Below, in pieces: positions 11,160-24,989 of a stretch of 64,000 bases of DNA. This DNA comes from Raja brachyura (Eukaryota), in contig OY740784.1 in the NCBI GenBank assembly GCA_963514005.1, positions 107,384,001-107,448,000 on the forward strand, read 5' to 3'. Numbering within the stretch: position 1 is the stretch's first letter; every line of letters begins with the position of its first letter. The position numbers and the translations under genes are program-made. Below the pieces are notes generated by a model. The model searched no databases, had not been told where the DNA came from, and worked only from the letters and a program-made list of their open reading frames with translations.

Positions 11160-11356
11160 GACCCGGAACGTTCGGGAGGGAAGTGGACATGAATTTCGTT
11201 ATGAATTTCCCTGGCAAAGATAGAAGAGGCTGTATGGCCTCACACCACCATCAATGGATCAAAATAGATTTCCTAGAAAATATATTAAAACTTTTCCCCT
11301 CACAAAAGCAATACCCAAATAACAAATATACTCAGCTATTATCAAATTCAACTGCA

Positions 11357-11515
11357 GTTTAGTTTAGAGCTACAGGGCGGAAACAGACCCTTCAGCCCAT
11401 CGAGTCCGTGCCGATCAGAGGTCCACACACACTAGCACTATTTTACACACACTAGGGACAATTTACAATTTGTCCAAGCCAATTAGCCTACAATCTTGTA
11501 TGTCTTTGGAGTGTA
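11357..11515 (-). mobile_element. 3' half of an HE1-like SINE
   Basis: gtttagtttagag..ggaaacagacccttcagccc..cacactagggacaattt..gtctttggagtg. Confidence 0.75.
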
Positions 11516-11624
11516 AGAGGGCTAATTGATGTGGGTAATAAATGTTGGAAGGCTGACAAGTGCTTGTATACAAGTAGTTCTGCTATAATGCAGCAGTTCT
11601 TGAAAAATCTCATGTTAAAGAAAA

Positions 11625-12060
11625 TCAAAAGTCAACAATCAAGTGTTTAATTTTCATGTGTACCAACGATTAAATTCCTTACTTGCAGTAGCATATCAGG
11701 CTTGCAAACACAATAAACACAGGTAATACATAATTTTTAAGAATTCAATAAATTAATGACAATACTCGTACCAAAAAAAGACTTAGTATCGAGTGCAAAC
11801 AAAGACAGTCCATACAAGTTATAGCCAAGGTTAGTGTTATGCAGTGTTCAAGAGCCTGATGGTTACTAGGAAGCTGTTCTTGAACCTGGAGTTCACAGTT
11901 CTCAGGCTCCTGTACCTCTTTCCCGATGGTAGCATCAAGATGAGAGCGTGTCCTGGGTGGTGTGAGACTTTGATGATGCTGGCTGTCATTTCCTGCAGAT
12001 TCCTTCGACGGCAGTGAGGTCAGTACCCATGAGAGACCAGACAGTGCCCACCACATTGCA
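11625..12060 (-). mobile_element. Rex1/Babar-like LINE 3' fragment
   Basis: The reverse strand encodes a decayed HPGHALILMLPSGKRYRSLRTVNSRFKNSF C-terminal motif, then a 3' UTR. Confidence 0.75.
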
Positions 12061-12664
12061 TTAAAAATACAAAATTGCATCAATTTCATCAGTGGGTAGA
12101 GTGGGGTTGGGAGCTAGGGAGTTTCAGTCTTGCAATAACAACATTATCTTTCTCATAAGATTTTTAAAAGTAACGCAATTTTTTTTGTTACTACAAGGTA
12201 AAATTACTGAAGGCTGTATATCTCATTGTTCAAGAGTTTCAATGGAACTGAAAGCTTGTCGATTCCCATGGCCTTTTGCAGTGAAATCAATAGGATGGGT
12301 AAGATACAATGCCGTCTGGTTACTACGGGGAGATTACATGGAGTCGGTATTTTTTCCTAAGGCAGCTTTTTTTCCCTGCTGTCACATTCCAAAGTAACTT
12401 TTAAGACGTTCTCTAGTTCCCGATCGAAATTGTGTTCCAACCAATTTGGCCCACGTAATATAAATAGTGCTTGCGAATTCATCAGTTGCGTGAGATCAAA
12501 TAGTGCTGTGGAAACAAAAATTGTAGCAGAACCATCTGTGTTTCCAATTTCAAATCGAGAATAAAGTAAACTAACTAACTACCTTCCATTCTCCTCCAAC
12601 ATTTTGCAGGATAAAGCTCGAACTGTGACATACCACATGCAATGTGCACAACATTTCTAAAGCA

Positions 12665-12975
12665 AGAGTGAAGAGTGTACAGGGAATGGAACCATGAAAT
12701 TCTTACTTGCTACAGCTTAAGAGGCCCATTACCTCAATAATATTATATACAACAATTAATAATAAAATAAATTATCCCTATCACTAGGTAACCAAGCCAA
12801 ACAGTGCAAACCATTCTGTTGTTCAACCAAAGGGAAGTCCATAGTAGTTCGGTACTGAGATTGGACTGTGGTTTGTTCAAGAGCGTAATGGTCGCTGGGA
12901 AGAAGCTGTTCTGGAACCTGGAGGTCACGGTTCTCAGGTTCCTGTGTTTTCTTCCCGATGGTAGCAGCGAGATAT
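12665..12975 (-). mobile_element. Rex1/Babar-like LINE 3' fragment
   Basis: ORF 12743-12928 begins TSRFQNSFFPATITLLN. Confidence 0.75.
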
Positions 12976-13819
12976 AGTGTACATTTATAACCTGATTTTT
13001 TTTTTTAATGGTGGGATGGATACTAATAATTGTATATGAGGAGATGGATCCACAATCCTTGTCAGTTGGACATAAACTGAGTCTTATTTAATACTGATTT
13101 AAAGGTATAAGCTGCTACAAATACTGTCCATTCGTCCCATATTGTGCATCGACAGTTGACAAGCTATTTAAATGATAGAAAGGAAATATTACAGTGAAAC
13201 AAGGTCATAATTGCCCATTACAAAATGAGTGTATGAAAATAAAGAATACCAGAGAGCAGCTGGTCTGATAATTTTGCTGCAGTTTCCTGCAGCTCTTATC
13301 ACCCTTCTCCCTCCTCTGTTTCCCACTGATTCTTTCACCTTGACAAGGCTGCACATAAACATAGCCCCTTGCCTGAATAAGTTGGCAAGCATTTTAACCT
13401 TGGCCAGCTGCTGTTGTTGCTTTTCAACATATGGATGAGACTAGGAAAGCCTTCCTTAGAAATTACGATCAGAAACCCACCATAACTGGAACCACTCTCT
13501 CCCCAAATCCAGTTAGCCCCTCAACAGCCATTTTGAAATAATTTCTCCCTGTATTTCAATAATAAAGATTCTACCCAACTGAACCATGGCAGTAATGGAA
13601 TGTCCCCTCTGCTGTCTACACATTGGATGTGTAGGATGCAACAGTCCAACAGCTTCTAGTTCCAGGGTCACATCACTGCGCAAGCACAAGTGAACACATG
13701 GATATCCGTGCGATGAAGAGCCTTTGTCACCACAAGGACTATATGGTCATCAAGCCAACATGGATCGATGCACCTGCTTCAGGTATCCCAATTACAATGA
13801 GACTCAACCTTCAGGCCAC

Positions 13820-14612
13820 ACGTGATTTGAAAACTGATGGCATTGTGTGCAGAAAGGAAGGTTGTTTCAGTCTGCAGCATGACACAGATCAACTAGAATG
13901 TTGAGTGGGGTAATGGCAAATGGGATTTGATCCTGACAAATATAAGGTGATGAATTTGGGGAAGGTTAAGTAAGGTGGGCAGGACACTAAATTATGGGGT
14001 CTGAGGACTATTGATGGACAGAGGGATCTCGGGTTACAAGTCCACAGATCCCTGTAAGTGGCAGCACAGGTGGATAGGTTGAAGAAACAGGCATATGCAA
14101 TGCTGGTCTTCAATGGCCATGACATAGAATAAAAGAGCTGGGACAACATATTGTAACTTTATAAAACTATGGGTTAGTGGACACATGGAGTATTGTGTGC
14201 TGTTCTGGTCCTGACACGATCGGAAGGATGGAAAGGAGGACTTCAGTTATAACGCTAAGTGGGACAAGATAGGTTTGTCAGCAAAGGAAGCTGAGGGATG
14301 ACCTAATTAGAGGATTTACAGAGTTGTGATGGATTGGGTAGATAGTAAAAGTATTTTTCCCATGGAGGGGCATCCCAGACTAGAGGGCATAACAAAAGGG
14401 GATGCGAGGGGCATTTTTTTACCGCGTGATTGGAGTTGTGAAAAGCACTACCTGAAGAGATAGAGATTCTCACAACATTTAAGCTTCTAGACAAGTCACA
14501 GAATTGTCAAGGCAAAGGACCCAGGTCCTAAATGGGATTACCGTAAATAGGTATACCGGGCAGTATAGATGCGCTGGGCTGAAGAGCCTGTTTCTGTGCT
14601 GGATGACTCAAT
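13820..14612 (+). mobile_element. Old CR1 RT C-terminus and 3' UTR
   Basis: Decayed WQMGFDPDK, QRDLGLQVH, EYCVLFWS motifs; tail gggctgaagagcctgtttctgtgctg. Confidence 0.75.
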
Positions 14613-15094
14613 GCCATTAGTTCACTCATGACCTGCTACAGTCCCAATCAGACAGCTGTGTCCTTCTGGACTTGGCCAGTTTGGTCAGTAGTGGTCTTAC
14701 CAAGCCGTAACTGGAGATGGATAATTATGTCTCTTGCTCAGAGTACATTCAGCGGCCTTGCACAGAATATGCTCGGGGATTGCGATGGAAAATTTTGGCA
14801 CATTGTCTAGAAGAACTGATTCAATGTCAAGCTTCCCTTTGATTATCTGTGTGATATCTCCCAGTTGAGACAAGTCTTCAGATGTTTGTGAAAACATTGC
14901 CAATTGATTGGCGCTGACTCAGCCATGTCAGAAATAAATGCCTGGTCAGTGATTGATGGTCTTTGTTTTATTTTATTTTTATTTTGTTATTTGTTTGAAC
15001 ATTGAGTTGGGTGAACAGGACTGTTTCTGAGCTGTCTGACTCTATGACTGTATTGCTTCAGAGAACTTTGTTCAATCATTTCAGAGGGCATCCT

Positions 15095-15522
15095 TTACAT
15101 CCATGCAGAGAGTGGTGAGGACGGCCGAAAAAATCATCGGGACCTCTCTCCCCTCAATCGGGGATATTGCGACCAAACGTTGCATGTCTAAGGCCAGCAG
15201 TATTACAAAAGACCCCACACATCTCCATCACGGACTGGTCACTCTGCTGCCCTCGGGCAAAAGATATTGTAGCATAAGGAGCAGAACATCAAGGTTCTGC
15301 AACAGCTTCTTCCCACGAGCCATCAGACTCCTGAATGCCATGTAATGGGCTGCCACCATTGTCTATTTATCCTTTTATCATTTTTATCCATTTTATCCAT
15401 GTTTATCCTTCTGTTAATTATCATGTTGCACAGGGAGCCAAATGCAACCGAATTTTGTTTGGAACTGCATATATCGATGTATTTCTAAATGACAATAAAG
15501 TTTGTTTGACTTGACTTGACTA
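15095..15522 (+). mobile_element. Rex1/Babar-like LINE 3' end
   Basis: ORF 15103-15345 QRVVRTAEKIIG..KDPTH..LLPSGKRYCSIRSRTSRFCNSFFPRAIRLLN; aataaa followed by a (TTGAC)n tail. Confidence 0.85.
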
Positions 15523-15699
15523 CCATCCTGCCCTCTAAAATGGCTGAACAAACCACTCCACATCCCACACATGCCAACAATAAAAAATCCACTTTAAGTT
15601 CTGGAAACCTGATTCACTTTCTGTATCGTCGGAGTCCCATCTCAGCAAAAGCAGACAACAATGATGGACTTCACCATTGCCTCTCATGCACCAGCACAG

Positions 15700-16192
15700 T
15701 CCTGAGCTGTAGGCCATAGGCTTAAGGTGAAAAGGGAGAGATTTAAGAGAAACCTCAGGCTCCCTCTTATCCTTTATCATTTTAGCTTCTATTTCCAATC
15801 CTACGACTGAGATAGAATTTATTGTTCTTGCTGTAGAATAACAGCAAAGGTTATGGGGAAAAGGCAGGAGAATGTGGTTGGGAGGAAAAAACAATCAGCC
15901 AAGATTGAATGGCAGAGTAGACTTAATGGGCCGAATGGCCTAATTCTGCTCCCACGTCTTGTGAACGTTTTCACTCAGAGGGTAGACCGTATCTGCAATG
16001 AGCTGCCAGACAAAGCTATGGAAGTAGATACAGTGACTTTTAAAGGACATTTGGACAGATATATACAGGAAGGAAGGGTTTAGAAGGATATTGGACAAGT
16101 GTAGGCAAATGGGACTAGCCCAGTATGGGAAGTTGGTTGGCATGGACAAGGTGGGTCGAAGGACCTGTTTCCGTGCTGTGCAGCTCTCTGAC
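15700..16192 (+). mobile_element. Stacked CR1 3' fragments
   Basis: ggccataggcttaaggtga; ttatggggaaaaggcagg..cctaattctgctcc; gaaggacctgtttccgtgctg. Confidence 0.7.
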
Positions 16193-18224
16193 TAGCACCT
16201 GAGGGCCTGTTTAAGAAAATATGGAAAATATTATACTCCACGGGCACCATGGCGAGGATGAGGACTGGACTGGGCACAGTTGTGTCGATGGAGCCTCTCC
16301 CTAGTAACTATCAGCTCCTTCAGAGAATTTTTAGGGAAAATACATCATCGAGTGAATGATTCTCCATGCCAAAAATCTATCAGCAATCTCTTTACATAAA
16401 TATGAAAATGAGGCTTATCTTTTATCATTCAAGCTTCCATTTCCAATCTGAGACAGGAATTTTTTTCTTACTGTAGAATAACAGTGAAACCATGACAACG
16501 GAGCTTTAAGAACCTGCAAGCTGGTCTAGACCAATAAATTTAAAAAAAAATTAAAATCAAGGAAGGTTTGTCTCAGGCACATTTCAACCTAAACTGTCAA
16601 AAAAACCTTCTTAACAAGAAAAAAAATCTTTAATCCCCAAATCCAGGCAAACCTATAAAAATATATTCTCACATTTATTTCACATTACCACATCTCAGAG
16701 AATATTTCATAACCATGTGTTGTTCTGAAACACAGCAGCCACTGCACGTAAAAGCAATGTTATGATGGACCTGTTTTTGGCAGTCCTGAATAAAATCCTA
16801 CACCGCTCCATTTTTATTGAGCTAAAAAAAAAACTCTCAGGAGGTGCATCTTCATTAAGTTTATTGGAAAAATACATGTTTCTTTGACGAAGGGAGAACT
16901 TCCATTCTTGAATGTCAATTAGTCAGGTTTCTGAACTGCACAACATCGACCGGTGTTCAGCAACGTTTTGCTAAGCTTTTGCTTTTCATTTAATCGCATA
17001 ACCTCCAATACTAGATGAGAGCGGAATAAAGAGTCAATTTCTTTCAGCTCAAAGTTAACAGCTCATCTCCACACCTCATTTAACTCACAAAATCCGATGT
17101 TTGCAATTGAAAAGTCGATCAGGCTGTAAATGTTTTATTTCATTATGAACGATCCAGGAATCAAAGAAAACAAATATAAACAATGCCATGCCTAGATAAC
17201 AAACATTAATTCAAGGGGACTCCATTCATAAACTTTGCCACCAATAGACCAATAGTCAGCCACACATTTATAAGAAGGCTGTTATTGGTCAGAAGCTCAC
17301 ACCGCAAGTCCCTTTGATGCTCAGTTGCCAAGTAACATGCAGAACGCGGTACAGAGCCATAGAGACCAAGCAGTCTCAGGTTCAATCCCGTCTCTGCTTT
17401 GATAGGGTGCTAAAATTAGCATTACTCTTCCTGGAATAAGGAAGAAGTGTCAGCTGGAGCTCCTGCTCCTGACAACATCCAACAGGCCGTGCTGGAAGAT
17501 GCACGTGTGAGGACATCTGCTGCAGGAACACCAGCCTGACACATAACCATCCCCCCCCCCCCCTCCCACCTTCCCACTCAATCTGCCAGCTCACATGTCT
17601 GCCCATCGTTCTGGCATTAAAGAACAGCCAGAGGTGGGGGCAGAGAATCAGCACCCCCGCACCAGCTGAACATCAGGAATGGGAAGTTGGGAAAATATAT
17701 ATGAAATCCCACATACAAAAAACATTCAATCACCAGTCAGATCCAGAGCATCACTCAGCTGCTATGCCTTCCTTCCCAGGTTCCCAGGAGTCAATGAGGA
17801 TTTGTGAAAGATTCAGAACATCTTTGAGGTGCTTTCTGTGTCCTCCTGGCAATCTCTTGCCGTGACAGAGTTTGAGGCAGAGTGTCTGCTTTGGGGATCC
17901 AACCACAGACAGGCAATGTAACCCACCACCCAAATGGTGCCTTGATGCTGGGGAATGGGCTTGGGAAAACATGCTGACAATGGCTCACTTATCCTGCCCG
18001 ACCATTTGGTGAATGTCTAGAAACCATTATCATGTAGCACTTATAATACCTCTCCAGTCCATTGAGTACAGAATGTCTTCAGATTGGGGATCAACACTAC
18101 CTGATATTCACAGCAGAAGGCGTAGATTATCGATTTGCAAGGGGTTGAAAGGTTACCTTGAATGAGTGAAAATACAGTGCTGAGGTTTCAATGTGATCAG
18201 CTGTGATCTTATTGAGTGGTGGAG

Positions 18225-19330
18225 CAGGATTCAACATAGAACGGTACCACACGGGAACTGGTCCTTCAGCCAACAATGTTTGTGCCGAACACGATACATG
18301 GAGTCATCTGCCTGCACATGATCGACGTCCCTTTATTCCCTGCATATCCATGTGCCTATCTAAAGCCTCTTCAACACCACTACAATATCTGCCTCCGCCA
18401 CCACCCCTAGCAATGCATTTTAGGCCCACACCACCCTACCCTCTGTTTAACAAATTTTCCCCCTCTTAAGGGGGATGGATATGCCCTCTGGTGTTGGACA
18501 TTTCCAGGGTACTGATTTTATACCCTATCCATGCCTCATCATTTTGTATAGTTCTATGAAGTCTCCCCTGAACCTCTGACGCTCCAGTGAACACAATCCA
18601 AGTCTCTCCAACCGCTCCCTGTAGCTGAAAACCCTTTAATGCAGGCAGCATTCTGGTAAACCTCCCCTGCACCCTCACCAAAGTTTCAAACATCTTTCCT
18701 GTAATGGGGCGACCAGAATAACATGTAATATTCCAAATGCAGCCTAACTAAAGTCCTTTAGAGCTGCATCATGACTGTTAAGGGACCGTCCCACTGTGGC
18801 GACCTAATCCGCGAGTTCTGCCGAGTTTCTCCTCGACTCATACTCGCAGCATGGTCAACACGAGGTCCCAGGAAGTCTTTGTGAATCTCCTTCATGCTCG
18901 AGAGTAGTCCCCGCATTCTCGGGGCCTCAGCTAGGTCGTGGCGTATTTTTCAACATGTTAAAAAATGCCTGCCCGTAAAAAAAGTCGCCATGGAAAAAAT
19001 CGATACTTTTTTTAAACTCATAAGTTTGTTCGAAGTAGGTCGGCATGTTATTCGTAGGTAATCGAGGGTCGTCGGTAATTGAAGGTAATCAAAGGTAGTC
19101 TTCAACATAGTCGAAGGAGGTCTTCAACAAGACATTTTTTTCAAACTCTCCTAAACTCGCCAATTAGGTGTCCACAGTGGGACAGCCCCTTTTTATTCAA
19201 TGCCCCTAGCAGTGAAGGTAAGCATATGCCTTCTTTACCATCCTATCCACTTCGGCTGCCACCTCTATTCATAGTAAGCTGTGAATTTGGAACAAGATCC
19301 ACATTGATGGTATTAAGGGTCTTGCCATTG
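18225..19330 (-). mobile_element. CR1 3' fragment (reverse) hosting a MITE
   Basis: ORF 18466-18693 contains VQGRFTRMLP; CR1 tail at about 18235-18300. Confidence 0.75.
18781..19190. mobile_element. PIF/Harbinger-type MITE, subtype A (opposite orientation to 3756-4346, without the tandem array)
   Basis: Termini AGGGACCGTCCCACTGTGG and CCACAGTGGGACAGCCCCT; the interior is the reverse complement of the 3756-4346 interior; TTA on the left. Confidence 0.85.
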
Positions 19331-19424
19331 AGTGGCTGAGTATCCTATTCTGAGCCTAACTTGTATGTGTGTAAGATCACTACTCAAAGTCATTTATTAA
19401 TCTTCTTAGTCTTACATTTGCCTG

Positions 19425-19890
19425 AATGTTGCCTGGGTTCCAGCAACTAAGTTACAGAGAAAGGTTGAACAAGTTAGGTCTTTATTCTTTGGAGCGCAGA
19501 AGGTTAAGGGGGGACTTGATTGAGGTCTTTAAAATGATGAAAGGGATAGATAGACTTGACATGGATAAGCTTTTCCCATTGAGGGTAGGGAAGATTCAAA
19601 CAAGAGGGCATGACATGAGAATTAAGGGACAGAAGTTTAGGGGTAACATGAGGGGGAACTTCTTTACTCAAGAGAGTGGTGGCTGTGTAGAATGAGCTTC
19701 CAGCATAAGTGGTGGAGGCAGGATCGATTTTAACATTTAAAAGTAAAGTGGATAGGTATATGGACGGGAAGGGAATGGAGGAGTATGGTCTGAGTGCAGG
19801 TAGATGGGACTAGGGGAAAATAAATGTTCGGCACGTACTGGAAGGGCCAAGAGGGCCTGTTTCCGTGCTGTAATTGTTATATGGTTATTT
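19425..19890 (+). mobile_element. CR1 3' end (ttatatgg-tail subfamily)
   Basis: ORF MLPGFQQLSYRERLNKLGLYSLERRRLRGDLIEVFK..TRGH; tail ctgtaattgttatatggttat. Confidence 0.9.
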
Positions 19891-20429
19891 AACTATCCAT
19901 CTGCAATGTTTTTTAATTTGTGTCATATAAAAGTTAGGTCGTATGGACAGAGGGAGATCAATGAGTTATGAGAAAGAAGACAATACTGGATTTGTTTTTA
20001 ACTCCCTACAGCTGAATGCAGTCTTTGCTAGGTTCTTCTACACCACATCATCTCCAGTGGTTGGAGTCCCAGTGCTATCCAATCCATCAAGAGGTACACT
20101 GGACACACTTCACTGCGCAACAACAAACAAAGAAAAGTCAGGACACACCATTGGCATTGACTAGTTTATTTTTCTCACATTTTGCCACAGATACATTAAA
20201 AACAATTGTTTCCCCTGCCATTCAGGCAGATCTTACTAGTTCCACTGTTTGTGCCCCTTCATTATCGCCTCTTCCCGGGGTCGATGAAAGAGCGTTCACG
20301 TCGCGGCCCTGTTTCCACCAATCATTCCACCACAAGACAGACACCATTGTATGCAGATGCCGAGAAGTGTGTACAGCTCTGGCTGAACAACTTCTAATCT
20401 TGTGTGTGGACTTGATAAGAAGAGAATCC

Positions 20430-20645
20430 CCTCTTCCCAGGGTAACAATGGGCCATTATGGGCTCCACCCTTCCCTGGTCATTTGTTGCCGGCCGTGCTT
20501 TGTTCTGGTCTTTTCTCACCTCCAATGCCCTCCATGCTACTTTCAGTCTGAAGAAGGGTCCCGATCGAAAAATGAGAGATTAACTTTCTCCAGAGTTGCT
20601 GCCTGACCCACTGAATGACTCCAGCACTTTGTGGCTATCTTCAGA
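20430..20645 (+). mobile_element. Penelope-like element 3' region
   Basis: aacaatgggccattatgggctccacc (also at about 42938), then cagtctgaagaagggtcccgatcgaaa..ccagcactttgtg. Confidence 0.7.
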
Positions 20646-21160
20646 TCATACCATACGAGTATGAGAGGTAGTGCAAAAGAAGAAACAAACAGATTGCAAA
20701 ATAGTGTTATAGCTCCAGAGAAAGTGGAAAAATACAAAGGCCACAACAAGGTAGATTCCTCCTCTCATAAGAGACTGATGAAGCACAGTAGATGCTGCTC
20801 CTCTCTTTAGTGGTATGTGCTTTCAAGCTTTTGTATCTTCTGCACAGCTGGAGAGGGGAGGGGAGAATGACCGGGTTGTGAGTGGTTCCTCATTATATTG
20901 GTTGTTTCTTGAAGCTGTGACTTGATAGTCGCGGAGGCTAAAGTCAAGCAAGATGGCATCACATAGACCACTCCAACATCAGTCATTGAGCTGCAGATAA
21001 CATACTTTTATACACATACTGTCGAGCACACTGGTGAAGTGTGCAAAAGGTAGGAGTTTTTTCCAAATACAGAAAGCTAGTCTGCTACACAAACATACTG
21101 CACGATACTGCTGCCACAACGCCCAACAGAGAACACTGGCAACATGCCCATCCACAACGT

Positions 21161-21463
21161 GACAGTGGCGTCGCTGGAAGAGCTGCTGTCTCACAGCACC
21201 AAAGACCCAGGTTCGATCCTGACCTTGAGTGCTGTCTGTGTGGAGTTTTCACGTTCTCCCTGTGACCGCGCGGGTTTCCTGTCTCCGTCCACATTTCAAC
21301 GACATGCGGGTTTGTAGGTTCATTGGCCTCGAACGTTACCCCTAGTGTGTAGGGAGTGTATGTGAACGTGAGATAACAAAAAACTAGTGTGAATGGGTGA
21401 TCGATGGTCGGCATGGACTCAATGAGCTGAATGGCCTATTTCCATGCTTTATCTCTAAACTAA
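21161..21463 (+). mobile_element. HE1-like V-SINE
   Basis: B-box ggttcgatcc, central domain tgtggagttttcacgttctccctgtgacc, CR1-like tail ending ctctaaactaa. Confidence 0.88.
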
Positions 21464-21469
21464 CCTACC

Positions 21470-22590
21470 CTGGGAGAAACATTGTGTGCATTCATTCTAT
21501 CCATGCCCCTTATTTCATACATTTCTATAGGATCACCCATCAATCTCCTAAGCTTTTAAGAATAAAGGAATCTATATGAATCAATCCCTTGAGTCCTGGT
21601 GGCATCCTTGTAAATCTTTTCTGCACTCTTCCCTGCCTAATAGCACCTTTCCCACAGAAGGGTGACCAAAATTGAACACAATACTCCAATTGTGGCCCCA
21701 CCTAAATCTTACACAACAGTCACATGGCATCTCAACTGCTATACTCAGCGGCCCGATTGATGAAGATGACCGTGCTTTCTTCGCCATTCTGTCTACTTGC
21801 GACACCACTTTCAAGGAACCATGTACTTGTACTCCTAGATCCCTCTGCGCTATAACTCTCCCTATGGCTCTGCTATTCACTGTGAAATTCCTACCCTGTT
21901 TTGCTTTCCCAAAATGCAACACCGCATATTTATCAAATTAAGCTTAATTTAGGTTCACGAGATTGATCCCTGGGATGGCGGGACTGTCAGACGAGGAAAG
22001 ATTGAAGAGACTAGGCTTGTATTCACTGGAGTTTAGAAGGATGAGGGGGCAATCTTATAGAAACATAAAATTATAAATGGACTGGACAAGCTAGATGCAG
22101 GAAAAATATTCCCAATGTTGGGCGAGTCCAGAATCAGGGGCCACAGTCTTAAAATAAAGTGGCGGTCATTTAAGACTGAGTTGAGAAAAAAATGTTTTCA
22201 CCCAGAGAGTTATGAATTTATGGAATTCCCTGCCACAGAGGACAGTGGAGGCCAAGTCACTGGGTGGATTTAAGAGAGAGTTGGATAGAGCTCTAGGGGC
22301 TAGTGGAGTCAAGGGATATGGGGAGAAAGCAGGCACAGGTTATTGATAAGGGACGATCAGCCATGATCACAATGAATGGCGGTGCTGGCTCAAAGGGGCG
22401 AATGGCCTCCTCCTGCACCTATTTTCTATGTTTCTATTTTACATTCCTTAACCCACATGCCCAGATGATCAAGATCCTACTGTCACCCTTAATATCTTAC
22501 TTCACTGCCAATTTGAGTGTCACCTGCAAACTTACTAACCATGCCAAATTGTTGATATAGATGACAAACAACAAAGGGCCCCAACAGAGA
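21470..22590 (-). mobile_element. Reverse CR1 RT fragment interrupted by a sense CR1
   Basis: ORF 21581-21922 LHFGK..QRDLGVQVHGSLKV; it resumes at 22440-22590 with decayed YIN.L and SKFAGDT motifs. Confidence 0.8.
21950..22437 (+). mobile_element. Young CR1 3' end (TTCTATGT tail)
   Basis: RFTRLIPGMAGLS.EERLKRLGLYSLEFRRMRG; highly similar to 10665-11159. Confidence 0.92.
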
Positions 22591-23519
22591 CCACCTGCTC
22601 TATACTCTCATGTGAACAAACAGTTGAAATCCAAGGCCTCAAACATGGCACTAAGCTCCTAGTCCTGGCACAAAGACTCTGCTTCAATCAACATTCGAGA
22701 AAGAAAATTCCAAAGATACACAACCTTGAGAAAATAGGTTGCACTTATTTCTGGCGTAAACTGGCAACCCATTATTTTTCAACAATGATCTCTATCTAGT
22801 CCTACACTCTCTCACAGGGAGCAGCATTCTCCTCCTGTCTGGGCCCCTCAAGGGTATGTTCCAGTGATCACCTCCTACTCTTCATCATTCCACATGTTTT
22901 ACAAATCAGAATAAACCATGACCATGGCCAGCCCACACCACAAAGGAAAAAACTATGAATTGCTTCTTTCAGTATACTTGTGTCCTAGACTAATTGATTG
23001 CATATTCTGAACATTTTTGCATTTAATTTCAATTTTTAACTGGAATTTCCATTTAATATGAGCTTATGATGGAAAATATACTGACGTTTTATACCACAGA
23101 CATTAAATAGGTTATAGCTCTTTGGATGTGTGTGATTTTTGCGTCTTCTCTGAACAACAACTGCCCTGAAAATGCAGTGATATTTGAGAGGTTTGAGGAA
23201 GTCAAGACACAGTCATTTCATGGATGTTCTGAATATTTGCTTAACCTTCAGCCTCCTGTCAAAAGCAACCCTCTTTCAGCATCTCTTGGTCAATATCGTG
23301 TCCTGTCTCAGTCACTGCTCTGCACGAGCACGGCTGAAATATGATATTGCAATGTTCTGATGTGGGAGTTATTTTTTTAAAATCAAAACACCAGATTCAA
23401 AAACTAACTTTATTCTATTAAAATTATCTTAGAAAATTGTTGATATACTTTTCCAGATCAAACTTTCCTCATTCCTGCCGGATGCACCAATCAGGCAAGA
23501 CAAGTGTGTGAGCCATGTA

Positions 23520-24030
23520 ACAACAGATAAATAAATATACAGTAATCAACATTACAATAAATTAATATTCAGTAACAGGGTAATTAGACCGTAATAGAAA
23601 TAATCCAAAGTTTGCAGTCCAAGCAAAAACAAAGTCCATCGCAGGTCGTTGCTAGACATGAGAAACTGCAGATGCTGAAATCATGAGTAAATCACAAAAT
23701 GCTGGAGGAACTCAGTGGATCAGGCAGCACCTGCGGAGGAAATGGAGAGATGACATTTTGGATCAGCTCCCTTCTTCAGACTCGGATTGCTGAGATAGTG
23801 TTGGCAATGTGGTTAAGCCGCCTGATGGTTGCTGGGAAGAAGCTTTAATTGAACACGGTGGTCATGGTTCTCAAGCTCTTGTACCTTCTTCTTGATGCTA
23901 GCAGCGAGATGAGAGTGTTGCCAGGGTAGTGTGGGTCATTGATTTTAATAACTGCCTTTTTGAGGTAGTGCCTCCTGTAGAGCCCTTTGATGTTTTGGAG
24001 GTCAGCACCATACGATAGACCAGGCAATGT
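23520..24030 (-). mobile_element. Rex1-like fragment containing a Penelope arm (about 23655-23782)
   Basis: ORF 23845-24147 INDPHYPGNTLISLLASRRRYKSLRT; inner actgcagatgctg..cccttcttcagact. Confidence 0.7.
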
Positions 24031-24144
24031 CAACCACTCTCTGCAGCCATCCCACGATGCTGCTGACTTGTTCATATTTATTCCACTTGAAATTGCGCAA
24101 TATAAAGTGTATTTATTCCTTATCCTTAGTTCAGTCATTTCACG

Positions 24145-24560
24145 CAATCGATGTGGAAAAGATGTTTCCGCTAGTGGGAGAGTCTCGTGATTGTGGATGA
24201 TCAGCCATGATCACATTGAATAGCAGTGCTGGCTCAAAGGGCCAAATGGCCGACTCGTGCACCTATTGTCTATTGACCAGAAGCCATCGTCTCAAAAAAA
24301 AAGGATGTTCCTTTAGAAAGGAGATGAGAAGGAATTTCTTTAGTCAGTGGGCGGTGACTCTATGGAATTCATTGCCACAGATGGCTTTGGAGGCCAAATC
24401 ATTGGATATTTTTAAGGCTAGATTCTTGATTAGTGTCAGGGTTTATGTGGAGAAGGCAGGAGCAGAGGGCTAAGAGGGAACGATAGATCAGCCACGATTG
24501 AATGTCAGAGTAGACTTGATGGGCCAAATGGCCAAATTCTGCTGCTATCACTTATATGAA
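24145..24560 (+). mobile_element. CR1 3' end with a nested ~88-bp CR1 tail (about 24188-24275)
   Basis: MFPLVGES / TRSHRL..RRNFFSQWAV is split by an inserted tail ending tattgtctatt. Confidence 0.75.
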
Positions 24561-24989
24561 ATAAACTTTCCATCTGAAGGTACAATTCTGGAATGGAATC
24601 CAGCCAAACTGCAGAGAAATGAATGGAGTGGATTTAACATCAAGTTAAACAGAGTTTACCTCTAACAGTTCTCACTTATGACACCAAGTTACATTTTCTG
24701 CAACCATTCAACCCAAGTGTCACCACGATTTACTCAGACTTTTAGCTTCAGGTTGTTCAGTTATAACCTCAGTGACAGGTGGCTTTGGGAGAGCCCATCA
24801 ATCAGAATAACTCACAGTAATGACAGGATGAAAAGAACAACTCCCAACTACGCCACCTAGCCCTACATTCTCTGAATGAACGATTTGCTGCAACCATGTT
24901 TATCTGTCTGCACGCTATCATGGGGTAGATTTTAGTCTTGACGTTCGCATCCTGATGGTTAACAATGCCCAAGCCCCACACTGTGCCCA

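Noticed and set aside
16253-16360. Short ORF with a strong Kozak context (gcaccATGG; MARMRTGL..)
   Set aside because: It is only about 36 codons, with no homology I recognise and no splice support.
20016-20606. 196-aa ORF
   Set aside because: It runs through Penelope 3' non-coding sequence and has no protein motif.
21161-21235. tRNA gene
   Set aside because: The A/B-box-like sequence is a SINE head and does not form a complete cloverleaf.
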